Assembly (NCBI GenBank): GCA_014728225.1
Contig: WJLX01000003.1
Coordinates: forward strand, 14,815 to 78,814
Reading direction: 5' to 3'
DNA from: Candidatus Coatesbacteria bacterium
Lineage (GTDB): Bacteria; RBG-13-66-14
Length of the DNA stretch: 64,000 nt
Part shown: piece after piece, positions 1 through 9,237 of the stretch
Position numbering within the stretch: position 1 is the first letter of the stretch
How the letters are laid out: every line of letters begins with the position of its first letter
The notes under the pieces: generated by a model
Databases searched by the model: none
Told to the model about the DNA's origin: nothing
The model's input: the letters and a program-made list of their open reading frames with translations, nothing else
Made by a program: the position numbers and the translations under genes

Positions 1-1353
1 GATTTCCGCCGGCGCCGTCATGTCGTTCGCCGGTGAACAGAGCCTCCAGCCGTCCACCGAGGGCGTCCAAAGGTCGCAGCTCCAGGGCCAGCTCGGCGCG
101 GTGGACGGGTTGGTGGGGCGGCGGATCGCCGGGAGCTTCGAACCACGGGGGGTTGGGCTCGGCCAGCTCGTAGCTCAGACGCAGGCGGCCGCCCCAGCCG
201 GCGGGGGGCAGGCTGTAGTCGAGGAAGACGGCGCCGGTCAACAGCTCCCGCGGCGGACCGGTCGCATACTCGAGCGCGGCGGGTTCCACCAGGGTCAACT
301 CGCGCCGCCCGTCGAAGAAGCGCAAACCGCCGCGCACACCGGCGATCGAGGTCTCGGCGAAGTGGAGGGAGTACTCGAGGTAGTAGTCCTCGCTGAGTTC
401 GCAGGCGGCGGCGTCCAGGCCGCCCAGCCCGGCGACGGCGTAATCCTCCCGGGGCGGGTCCGGGCGTTCGGCCCGCCGGACCGCCACCACGCTGATCAGC
501 GACAGCGGCCCCAGCAGCAGGCGGGCGGCGCCGTCGTAGGTCAGGTGGGGTTCGCCGTCGTGGGCCAGGCCGACACCGGCGGTAATGAACAGCACCCGGT
601 CCAGGGTGAAGGTGTTGCTGAGTTCGCAGGCCGCCAGCCCCGGCGCATCTTCAACGAGGGGCGCCAGATAGCCGGCGTCGAAACGCAGGTAGTCGTCGGA
701 GCCCAGGAACAGGCGCAGGCCGGCGTCGAGGCTCAAACTGTCGACGGCGGCGCAACGCGTGCCTGTCTGCTCCAGACCGGCCCCGCCCAGCCGGGCGTAG
801 GTGGTCAGGCGGCGGGTCGGTCGCCAGACGCCCCACAGATCGGTCCGCCAGCGTTCCTGACGTTGAGCGAAGTCCGGGTACTCGTAGCCCCAGCCGTCGT
901 AGGCGGCGTCGAGAATCAGGCGGTCGCCGGCCGCGCCCAGCCAGCCGGCCCGTAGACGGGCGCCGCCGCCGCGGCGGGGCGCGACGGCGGTTTCGGCGGC
1001 GCCGTAGTCGGCGCGCAGGCTGTAGGCGAAGGGTTCGAGCTCCAGGGCGTGAACCAGCTCGGCCCGGCCGTCGAGCTCCGTCGACAGGCCGCCGCTGACG
1101 CGCACCAGGTGGGTGCGCCGCTCGGGGAACAGGCTCTCGCCGAGGATCTCGCTCTGGGCGGCGTAGCTCTGCTCGATGAAACGGCTGCCCGTCGTCAGCA
1201 CCAGCTCGCTGAACGGTTCGGCGATTTCAGCGAACTGGGGCGGATCGCCCAGCAGCTCCGCGGTCTCGTCGAAGGCCAGCTCCTCGGCCCGGTCGGCGGC
1301 GGCGCTCAGCGCCGTCGCCAGGACGATCAACAGGCTGACGGGGGGGCGGTTGA
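1..1353 (-). CDS. Hypothetical exported protein (5' partial in window; gene continues beyond position 1)
   Basis: Manual translation of the minus strand gives an uninterrupted frame from a GTG at 1353 that overlaps the upstream TPR gene stop (GTGA). The N-terminus VINRPPVSLLIVLATALSAAADRAE is signal-peptide-like, and the protein is rich in Y/G/D with alternating hydrophobic residues. The ORF track lists only antisense shadow ORFs here. Confidence 0.4.
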
Positions 1354-3957
1354 TCACTCCAGACCGGCGAGGCGTTGGGCGGCCCGATCCTGGTAGCTTT
1401 GGGCGTAGTCGCCGTCGAGGACCTTGCGGTACTGACGACGGGCCGCCTGGGGTTGGTCGCGGCGCTCGAAGATCAGCCCGCGGCGCAGAATCGAGCGGGC
1501 GGCGTAGGAGGGATAGGCCTCGCCGTAGCTGTCGACCAGCTCCTGGAAACGGGCCAGGGCCTCGTCGAGGCGGCCGATGCCGTAGTTGAGCTCCCCGAGC
1601 CAGAACAGGGCCTGGACGGCGACGCCGGGATCGTCGGCGTTGGCGGCGGCGGCGTGATGTTCGAGGGCCCGGGATTCGTAGCCGGCCTGCTGCTCGACGA
1701 AACCGGCGAGCAAGCGGGCGCGGTAATAGAAGGCTCCGTCGTCGACGGCGGCCAGGACACGCTGCAGGGCGGCGCGGGCCGCGGCGGTCTCCTGCAGCTC
1801 GTGGTAGAGTTCGGCGGCTTCATAGTTGGCGCCGAGCCAATCGACGCTGCCCGGATACTCCAGGATGACGGCGTTGTAATGCCGCAGGGCCAGGTCGTAG
1901 TCGCCGGTCTCCCGGGCCGCCCGGGCCAGGCGGAAGTGCAGGCCGGCGCGGCCGGGTCCCGCGGGGGTTTCAGCCAGGGCCCGCCGCAGCAGCTCCAGGG
2001 CCTCGGCGGGATCGCCGCCGCGGCTGTAGGCTTCGGCCAACTCCGACGAGGCGGCGGCCAGCTCCGGCGCTTCCGGATAATCGTTGATGATCCGCCGGTA
2101 GTAGGCCACGGCGCCTTCGAGGTCGCCGGCCCGGCCGCGCTCCCGGGCCAGGTAGAGCAGCAGCTCCGGCGCCAGGTAGCTGTCCGGCCGCTGCTCCAGA
2201 TAGCTGCGGGTGGCGGCGACGACGTCGGGATACTCGCCCAGCCTCCAGGCCGCCAGCTCGGCGCCGTAGGCCGCGTCGTCGGCCACTTCGCTGAGCCGGG
2301 TGTCGGCGGCGGTCTCCTGGTAGAGGCGCCGGGCTTCACTGTACTCGCCGAGCTCGTAGCGGCAGTCGGCCAAGCGCAAGCGGGCGTAGTCGCGGTAGCG
2401 CGAGGCGGGATAGTCCTCGACGATCCGCCGGTAGACGGGCCGGGCCTCCTGGTGACGACCGGTTTCGAAGGCCGCCTGGGCGATCAGGTAGAGGGCGTCG
2501 TCGGCCAGCTCATCGGCGGGATAAGCCGCGACCAGGGCGGCGTAGTCGTTCTGGCCCAGTTGGTGCCGCCCGAGACGGACGTAGCTGCGGCCGCGGCTGA
2601 ACAGGGCCAGGGGGCGCAGCTCGCTGGCCGGGAACTCAGCCATCAACCGGCCGTAGAGTTCGACGGCCTCGGTGGTCCGGCCGGCCGCGGCGGCCAGGTC
2701 GGCCAGCTCGAGCAGGGCGTTGTCGGCCAGGGGTCCGCCGCCGTCGTAGACCGGGCGGAACAGCCCGGCGGCGCGTTGGGGTTCGCCCCGGCGCAGGACG
2801 GTCAAGGCCAGCCAGTAGCCGGCGGTGTCATCACCGGTCGGGCCGGCCACGGCGGCGAAGGCTTCTTCGGCGTCGAGAAGCGCGCCCTGGCGGAAGAGGC
2901 ACAGGCCGAGCTTGAAGCGGGCCAGACGGGCGCCTTCGCCGTAACCGGCGGCCAGCACGGCGAACTGCTCGGCGCCGACGGCGTAATCCCCGCCGCGCAG
3001 GGCGGATTCGGCCAGCAGCCAGCGCGCCGCCGTGGACCAGTCTTCGTCGTCCAGCAAGCCGGCGGCCAGGGCCTCGCCGGCGGCGTAATCCTCCTGGGCG
3101 AAGTAGGAACGCCCCAGGTAGTAGCGGGCCTCGGCGACGGCGGCGTCCTCCAGCACCTCGCTGCGGGCGGCCCGGCTCAGGCGTTCGACGGCCCCGGCGT
3201 AGTCGCCGCGCAGATAGGCCGTCAAGCCGCCCTCCAACTCCGCCCGGGCGTGGAAGGGATGGGGCCCGACGACGACGGCGGCGTCGTAGGCCGCGGCGGC
3301 CTCGGCGTAGCGGCCCTCGGCGGCCAGCACCCGGCCCAGCCAGTAATCCACCTGACCGCCGAGCTGCGGACCCGGACAGACCTCCCGGGCCCGGCGCAGG
3401 CTCTCCACGGCGGCGGCGTTGTCGCCCAACTGCACCTCGGCCTGGGCCGTGGCGAAGTACAGGCCCCACCAGACCTCGTCGAACTCGCGCTCGACGGTCC
3501 GGTAGGCCTCCAGGGCCCGGGCGTAATCCCCGGCGTCGTAGAGGCTCTCGCCGAGATTGAAGATGGCGTAGCGCCGGGTCATCGGCTTGGAGGCGATGCG
3601 CGCGGCGGAGCCGAAACGCTCGGCGGCGCGGTGGTGCAGCCCCTGAGCGGCGTAACCCTCGCCCAGCAGGAACAGGGAGCGCTCCAGGTGCCGCTGATTG
3701 GGCCGCTGGAGGATCAGCGCCTCGAGGTGGGCCGTGCCCTCGGCGGGCAGGTCGCGGGCCAGTTCGGCGGCGCCCAGCAGCCACAGCGCTTCGGGATCAT
3801 CGCGCAATAGCGCCGGCGGGGCGGCCTCGAGCTCCGCCGCCGCGAACAGGCCCTCGTCGAACAGACCCTCGGCGGGTAGGCCCGGGGCGAACAGGTCGTC
3901 CTGGGCCGCCGCAAGGACGGGCGGCAGGAGCAGCAGGACTGGAATCCATTTAGGCAT
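1354..3957 (-). CDS. Secreted tetratricopeptide-repeat (TPR) protein, 867 aa
   Basis: N-terminal signal peptide MPKWIPVLLLLPPVLAAAQ. The whole length shows many ~34-aa A/Y/L-rich TPR-like repeats (YYLGRSY, ARYYLG, AEAYSRGG). Confidence 0.75.
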   Translation of the reverse strand: MPKWIPVLLLLPPVLAAAQDDLFAPGLPAEGLFDEGLFAAAELEAAPPALLRDDPEALWLLGAAELARDLPAEGTAHLEALILQRPNQRHLERSLFLLGEGYAAQGLHHRAAERFGSAARIASKPMTRRYAIFNLGESLYDAGDYARALEAYRTVEREFDEVWWGLYFATAQAEVQLGDNAAAVESLRRAREVCPGPQLGGQVDYWLGRVLAAEGRYAEAAAAYDAAVVVGPHPFHARAELEGGLTAYLRGDYAGAVERLSRAARSEVLEDAAVAEARYYLGRSYFAQEDYAAGEALAAGLLDDEDWSTAARWLLAESALRGGDYAVGAEQFAVLAAGYGEGARLARFKLGLCLFRQGALLDAEEAFAAVAGPTGDDTAGYWLALTVLRRGEPQRAAGLFRPVYDGGGPLADNALLELADLAAAAGRTTEAVELYGRLMAEFPASELRPLALFSRGRSYVRLGRHQLGQNDYAALVAAYPADELADDALYLIAQAAFETGRHQEARPVYRRIVEDYPASRYRDYARLRLADCRYELGEYSEARRLYQETAADTRLSEVADDAAYGAELAAWRLGEYPDVVAATRSYLEQRPDSYLAPELLLYLARERGRAGDLEGAVAYYRRIINDYPEAPELAAASSELAEAYSRGGDPAEALELLRRALAETPAGPGRAGLHFRLARAARETGDYDLALRHYNAVILEYPGSVDWLGANYEAAELYHELQETAAARAALQRVLAAVDDGAFYYRARLLAGFVEQQAGYESRALEHHAAAANADDPGVAVQALFWLGELNYGIGRLDEALARFQELVDSYGEAYPSYAARSILRRGLIFERRDQPQAARRQYRKVLDGDYAQSYQDRAAQRLAGLE

Positions 3958-4321
3958 CTCGACCGCTCGAACACGGAACAGGATTAACGACTACCCGAGC
4001 CGGGAATCATACCCCGGCGAGACCGGACGGTCAACACATCGCTTTGCAACCCCGGTTAGGCCAGTAAAATCAACACGGTACAACGAACCATCCGCAACGC
4101 AACCGGCACCGGGCGATCCGGGATCGCTGCGCCTGGAACCGCTCCAGCACTTGATCTTTCCAAATCCGGTCCCCCGGGGCTCGTCCGGGGTGGATCACTT
4201 ACATTATATCACTTCGCCCGGTTCGTGTCTGGCAGAGACGACTTGTTATGCTTGCCGCGCCGTGGTAGGATACCAAGGTTTTGCGTCGCGCGAACCACGT
4301 TACGCCATTCAAGGGAGATCG

Positions 4322-5596
4322 ATGTCGACCATCGTCGTCGTGGGCGCCCAGTGGGGCGACGAAGGCAAGGGTAAAGTCGTGGACTGCCTCTCCGAGCGGG
4401 CCGATATGGTCATCCGCTTCAACGGCGGGGCCAACGCCGGCCACACCATCATCGTCGGCGACGAGGAGTACGTCCTGCACCTGGTGCCCTCGGGGGTGGT
4501 GCGCCCCCGGTCGGCCTGCGTGATCGGTAACGGCTGCGTCGTCGACGCCGACCTGCTGCTGACCGAGATCGAGGAGCTCTCGGCCCGGGGCATCGACCTC
4601 GGCCGGCGGCTGTTCGTCTCCGGCTTCGCCCACATCGTTCTGCCCCATCACAAGGCCGCCGACGGCGCCCTCGAGGACGACGCCGCCGCGCCCATCGGCA
4701 CCACCCGCCGCGGCATCGGCCCCACCTACTCCGACAAGTACGCCCGCTACGGTGTGCGGATGGAGGACCTCCTCGACGCCCGCGACCTGCGGCAGAAGCT
4801 CGAGGTCGCTTACGCCTACCGCGCCCGCTGGACCGGCTCCGGCGAGTACCCGCCCCTCGACGAGGTCTACGACCACCTGCGCTCCCTCGGACCCAAGCTG
4901 GCCCCCTACATCGTCGACACCTCCCTGCTGATCAACGATTATATCCAGCGCGGCCGGCAGGTCCTGCTCGAGGGCGCCCAGGGCACCCTCCTCGACGTCG
5001 ACTTCGGCACCTACCCCTTCGTCACCAGCTCCAACCCCGTGGCCGCCTTCGCCGCCATCGGTTCCGGCATCGGCCTGGGCCGCATCGACCGCTGCCTCGG
5101 CGTGGTCAAGGCCTACCTGACCCGCGTCGGCGAGGGGCCCTTCCCCACCGAGCAGACCAACTCCGTCGGCGACTACCTGCAGGACAAGGGTCACGAGTTC
5201 GGCCGCACCACCGGTCGCCCCCGACGCTGCGGCTGGCTCGACATGGTCCCGCTGCGCCTGGCCGCCCGGGTCAACGGCTTCGACGGCCTCGTCGTCTCCA
5301 AAATGGACGTCCTCGACGACCTCGACGAGATCCCCGTCTGCCGGGCCTACCGCGTCAAGGGCCGCGAATACGACGAGATGCCCCTACCGGTAGCCCTGCT
5401 GGAAGACGCCGAGCCCGTCTACGAGACCCTGCCCGGCTGGAAGACCGACACCTCGGGGATCACCTCCTGGGACGACCTGCCCCCCGAGGCCCGCGACTAC
5501 CTCAACTACATCTCCGCGGGCTGCGGCGTCCCCGTCACCGCCATCAGCGTGGGCCAGCGTCGTGACCAGATCATCTGGATCAAGTGGGGGATTTAG
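4322..5596 (+). CDS. purA: Adenylosuccinate synthetase
   Basis: MSTIVVVGAQWGDEGKGKVVD P-loop, followed by NGGANAGHT and other conserved PurA blocks. The true start is the ATG at 4322; the track ORF 3698..5596 carries a spurious N-terminal extension that runs through the TPR gene. Confidence 0.93.
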   Translation: MSTIVVVGAQWGDEGKGKVVDCLSERADMVIRFNGGANAGHTIIVGDEEYVLHLVPSGVVRPRSACVIGNGCVVDADLLLTEIEELSARGIDLGRRLFVSGFAHIVLPHHKAADGALEDDAAAPIGTTRRGIGPTYSDKYARYGVRMEDLLDARDLRQKLEVAYAYRARWTGSGEYPPLDEVYDHLRSLGPKLAPYIVDTSLLINDYIQRGRQVLLEGAQGTLLDVDFGTYPFVTSSNPVAAFAAIGSGIGLGRIDRCLGVVKAYLTRVGEGPFPTEQTNSVGDYLQDKGHEFGRTTGRPRRCGWLDMVPLRLAARVNGFDGLVVSKMDVLDDLDEIPVCRAYRVKGREYDEMPLPVALLEDAEPVYETLPGWKTDTSGITSWDDLPPEARDYLNYISAGCGVPVTAISVGQRRDQIIWIKWGI

Positions 5597-5627
5597 CAAA
5601 AAGTTCAGACTGCATCTCAATCATCCC

Positions 5628-5655
5628 AAGACGGACATCTTTGTCCGTCTTTTCT
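5628..5655 (+). terminator. Rho-independent terminator after purA
   Basis: 10-bp perfect stem AAGACGGACA / TGTCCGTCTT with loop TCTT, followed by TTCT, about 30 nt after the purA stop. It sits at the start of a low-GC island. Confidence 0.6.
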
Positions 5656-5730
5656 AACATAAAGATATATATTTATTATAGAGCCTTTCGTAAGCGGCGT
5701 GTTTACAGCCAAGTGCATTAGGAGGTGCTG

Positions 5731-7854
5731 ATGATTCGTATATTGTTGCTGGTTATCTGTATTGTGTCCGGTGGCAGCCTCGCCGAGGAGGCTGTGCAGA
5801 CCGACTGGTCCGGCGGCGGCGGTGGCGATGATCCCGTCGACGACTGGGGGGTCGGCTTCGAGGACGGCCAGGATGTCAGTTGGCTGGCCCTGCCCGGCGA
5901 GCTGCCCCTCTCGTCGACTCCCAAGACCCCGGTCGAGCACGCGCTGGGTTCGCCCGAGGGGCCGCTACACATCGATGTAGCCGATGTCGATGGTGACGGT
6001 GACACTGATGTGCTGGCGGCGGTCGAATGGGACGAATGCATCTGTTGGTATGAGAATGAAGACGGCTTGGGCACCAACTGGGACTGTCACGTGATCCAAT
6101 TTGAATACGTCCTGGCAAGCTGCGTTCACGCCGCCGATATCGATGGTGATGGAGACACCGACGTGTTGGGAACCTCGGCCAACAACCAGGAAATTAACTG
6201 GTGGTCGAACGATGACGGTATGGGTACGGAATGGACCGGCTATTTGATCAAGGGCGGTTTCTGGGGCGCCAGTACCGTCCATACCGCCGATCTGGACGGT
6301 GACGGTGATCTGGATATTATGGGTGGCGCGGTGACCGTCGACGACCTGATCTGGTGGGAGAACGAAGACGGCACGGGAACGGAGCTGACAGAGCATATGA
6401 TCGACGATTCCTATTGGAATCCACATTCGGTACGCGCCGCCGACATCGACGGTGACGGCGATCTGGATCTGCTGGCCGCCTCCGGAGGAGATGACGACAT
6501 CAACTGGTGGTCCAATGATGACGGTCAGGGTGGTAGTTGGACCGAGCACCTGGTCGACGGCAGCTTCGACGGCGTCTGTTCCATCAGCGTGGTCGATATT
6601 GACGGCGACGGCGATCCGGATGTCGTCGGCGCCGGTCCGAACGACGCCAACGACATCCGCTGGTCGGAGAACCTGGAGGGCACGGGGGAAACCTGGGAGC
6701 TTCACTATATCGACGATAACTTCGATGACGCTGTGTATGCCCACGCCGCCGATATTGACGGCGACGGAGACTTTGACGTTGTCGGCGCGGCACGGGGGGC
6801 CGACGAAATAACCTGGTGGTCCAACGACGGCCAGGGCGTCTCGTGGACCGAGTACAACGTCACTGGAGGGTACTCCAAAGCCTGTTGCGCCGTAACCGGT
6901 GATATCGACGGCGACGGCGATCTGGACGTTATCGGCGCCGGGTATGAAGAAAATTCGATCGATTGGTGGGAGGTCACCGAGTTCCTCTCCTCGGGCGAGC
7001 TGACCTCGACGGTGCTGGACACCGATCCAGGTGGCGACGCCAACGGCACGGGCTACGAGTGGGGTGTCATCACCTGGGAAGCCGCGGAGCCCGGTTCCAG
7101 TGAGTTGAAGGTCTACGTCCGCGCCGCCGACGATCCGGCCGGGTTGGGGGATTGGATGCTGGTGCCCGAATCCGGCGTCGACCTTTCCCCCTACGCCGGT
7201 GACGGTTGCCGCTACCTGCAGTACAAGCTGGAGCTTGACTATGGGACGGCCGAGGAATCACCCATCATGCAGGAACTGAGTGTCAACTGGGAAGTCGCCA
7301 GCGGCCTCGACGGCGTCGAGCTGGCGGCGTCGCCCGCCGATGACGGTATCCTGCTGGGCTGGACGGTCAGCGGCGACGTGCCTGCGAGTGTCCGCGTCCT
7401 GCGCGGGGGGAGCGACCCCGTCGCCGTCAGCGGCTCGCTACCCGGTGAGACCCGCCGCTGGCTGGATCGGGGCGTCGAGCCCGGCGAGAGCTACGTCTAT
7501 TGGCTGGAGGCCACGGATAACGCGGGCCAGGTGCAAAGATTCGGGCCGACGGCGGCTGTTGTCGCCCCGGAGCAAACGAACCGGCTGAGCCTGGACGAGC
7601 CCTGGCCCAATCCGGCGTCGGGAAGCGTCAGCATCGCTTTCACGCTGCCGCAGGCTCAGCGCGTCAGCCTGAGCGTCTACGACCTGGCCGGGCGCCGGGT
7701 GACCACGCTGAGCGAGGGCGAACTGCCCGCCGGGCGGCACGAGGTCGCCTGGAACTGCGCCGCCGCGGCCGCCGGGGTCTATCTGCTGCGGTTGGAGACG
7801 CAAGGCGCGGCGCTCAGCCGCCGGGTGGTCGTCGGCCGGGTCGTCGGCCGGTAG
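5731..7854 (+). CDS. Secreted FG-GAP/VCBS-repeat protein with T9SS-type C-terminal sorting domain
   Basis: AGGAGG RBS 6 nt before the ATG at 5731. Signal peptide, then at least seven repeats of [AV]DIDGDGDxDV (FG-GAP-like Ca-binding repeats). C-terminal ~85 aa (PNPASGSVSIAFTLPQAQRVSLSVYDLAGRRV...AGVYLLRLE) match the Por secretion system C-terminal sorting domain pattern. Confidence 0.75.
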   Translation: MIRILLLVICIVSGGSLAEEAVQTDWSGGGGGDDPVDDWGVGFEDGQDVSWLALPGELPLSSTPKTPVEHALGSPEGPLHIDVADVDGDGDTDVLAAVEWDECICWYENEDGLGTNWDCHVIQFEYVLASCVHAADIDGDGDTDVLGTSANNQEINWWSNDDGMGTEWTGYLIKGGFWGASTVHTADLDGDGDLDIMGGAVTVDDLIWWENEDGTGTELTEHMIDDSYWNPHSVRAADIDGDGDLDLLAASGGDDDINWWSNDDGQGGSWTEHLVDGSFDGVCSISVVDIDGDGDPDVVGAGPNDANDIRWSENLEGTGETWELHYIDDNFDDAVYAHAADIDGDGDFDVVGAARGADEITWWSNDGQGVSWTEYNVTGGYSKACCAVTGDIDGDGDLDVIGAGYEENSIDWWEVTEFLSSGELTSTVLDTDPGGDANGTGYEWGVITWEAAEPGSSELKVYVRAADDPAGLGDWMLVPESGVDLSPYAGDGCRYLQYKLELDYGTAEESPIMQELSVNWEVASGLDGVELAASPADDGILLGWTVSGDVPASVRVLRGGSDPVAVSGSLPGETRRWLDRGVEPGESYVYWLEATDNAGQVQRFGPTAAVVAPEQTNRLSLDEPWPNPASGSVSIAFTLPQAQRVSLSVYDLAGRRVTTLSEGELPAGRHEVAWNCAAAAAGVYLLRLETQGAALSRRVVVGRVVGR

Positions 7855-7876
7855 CGAGTTGTTGATATAGCATCAC

Positions 7877-8120
7877 CCGGGCGGGATTGAAATCCCGCCC
7901 CGACGGGAGCGCTTCTTAGGCCTTCGAGAAACCGCAGGGGCGGCTGTCACCAGCCGCCCCTGGCTCATGGCGTCAGGCGGGATGAAAGCGCCGAGAACGG
8001 AGGACCGGCGCGCTTGTTGCGACGACGGACCCCGGCGGGGTCCGTCGACAATGCAACAACCTGGTGCCGGTGCTGCTTCGCAGCATTGGAGTACGACGAG
8101 GTCGTAGCTCCGGCCCGGCG
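7877..8120 (+). repeat. Conserved structured non-coding module, copy A1 (second copy at 17586..17827)
   Basis: ~240-bp block alignable to 17586..17827, with a near-identical stretch GGTGCCGGTGCTGCT[TC]CGCAGCATTGGAG. It contains several hairpins; substitutions between the two copies are compensatory and include G-U wobble pairs valid only on the + strand. Confidence 0.45.
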
Positions 8121-8158
8121 AAACGCGAATACCCCGTCGGGGTGTCCGAACCCCAACT

Positions 8159-8192
8159 GAAAACCGGGCCCGCCGTTACGGTCGAGCCCGGT
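8159..8192 (-). terminator. Putative intrinsic terminator of serA
   Basis: On the minus strand the hairpin ACCGGGCTCGACCGTAACGGCGGGCCCGGT is followed by TTTCAG, immediately 3' of the serA stop. Confidence 0.4.
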
Positions 8193-8214
8193 TGTCGTCT
8201 TGCGCGACGCGAAG

Positions 8215-9123
8215 CTAGTACTGGCCCTTGGAGAATTTCTCCACCTTGTCGACCAGCTCGTAACCGATGCGGTCCTGACCTTCGACGGATGATGCGCCGA
8301 TGTGCGGGGTCAGGATGACGTTATCGAACTTGGTCAGCGGATGGTCGGGGGCCATCGGTTCTTCTTCGAAGACGTCGACGGCGGCCCGGGCCACGGTGCC
8401 GTCCTCGAGGGCCTCGACGAGAGCCTCCTCGTTGACGATCCCGCCGCGGGCGCAGTTGACCAGGGTGACGCCCTTCTTCATCTTGGCGAACTCGGGCCGC
8501 GAGATCATGTGGTGGGTTTCCTTGGTGTGCGGCAGATGGAGGGTGATGAAGTCGGAGTCCGCCAGCAGCTTGTCCAGGGAGACCATCCGGCAGTAGTCGC
8601 ACTCCTCGACGAAGGGGTCGTAGCCCACGACGTACATGTTGAGGCCCTTGGCCCGTTTGGCGACCTCGGTGCCGATGCGTCCCAGGCCGATGACGCCCAG
8701 GGTCTTGCTGCCCAGCTCGGTGCCCTTGAACTTCTTCTTCTCCCACTTGCCGGCTTTCATCGAAGCGTCGGCCCGGGCAACGTGGCGGCTGACGGCGAAC
8801 ATCAGCCCGACGGCCAGCTCGGCCACGGCGGGGCTCGAGGCCGCCGGGGTGTTCCAGACCTTGATGCCCTTCTCGCGGGTGTACTCGTGGTCGATGTTAT
8901 CGATCCCCACGCCGCCGCGCAGAACAAGCTTGAGGTTTTCGGCCAGATCGATCGTCGGCTCGCGCAGCTTGGTGGCCGAGCGGACGATGACGACCTCGTA
9001 CTCCGGGATTTCGGCGTTGAGTTCGTCGACGCTCATCCCGGTCTTGACGACCACTTCGTGGCCGTTGTCACGCATTTTCTCGATCGCCGTTTCCGCGATG
9101 GGGTCGGTGACCAGTACCTTCAT
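8215..9123 (-). CDS. serA: D-3-phosphoglycerate dehydrogenase / D-isomer-specific 2-hydroxyacid dehydrogenase
   Basis: NAD-binding GVIGLGRIGTEVAKRAKGLNMYVVGYDP Rossmann motif and RGGVGIDNID catalytic-domain motif. GGAGG RBS. Adjacent to a phosphoserine-aminotransferase-like gene. Confidence 0.75.
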   Translation of the reverse strand: MKVLVTDPIAETAIEKMRDNGHEVVVKTGMSVDELNAEIPEYEVVIVRSATKLREPTIDLAENLKLVLRGGVGIDNIDHEYTREKGIKVWNTPAASSPAVAELAVGLMFAVSRHVARADASMKAGKWEKKKFKGTELGSKTLGVIGLGRIGTEVAKRAKGLNMYVVGYDPFVEECDYCRMVSLDKLLADSDFITLHLPHTKETHHMISRPEFAKMKKGVTLVNCARGGIVNEEALVEALEDGTVARAAVDVFEEEPMAPDHPLTKFDNVILTPHIGASSVEGQDRIGYELVDKVEKFSKGQY

Positions 9124-9237
9124 CGTACCTCCTACGGGCGGTTCACGACGGCGGGTTCGGGATTGTGGCAGTCGACTTCGGCCGCCGCCGGGAAAGTGGT
9201 GGGGGAACGCTCCGGTCGCTCCCCCGGCTCGAGGGGG

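Noticed and set aside
20-955. 311-aa + strand ORF in the track
   Set aside because: G/V/A/Q-rich low-complexity translation typical of the antisense of a high-GC gene. The real gene is on the minus strand (1..1353).
1375-3810. 811-aa + strand ORF
   Set aside because: Antisense shadow of the TPR gene, with low-complexity GGV/GQ composition and no RBS.
3698-4321. N-terminal 208 aa of the track ORF 3698..5596
   Set aside because: Spurious extension through the TPR gene. purA has a conserved N-terminus starting MSTIVVVGAQWGDEGKGK at 4322.
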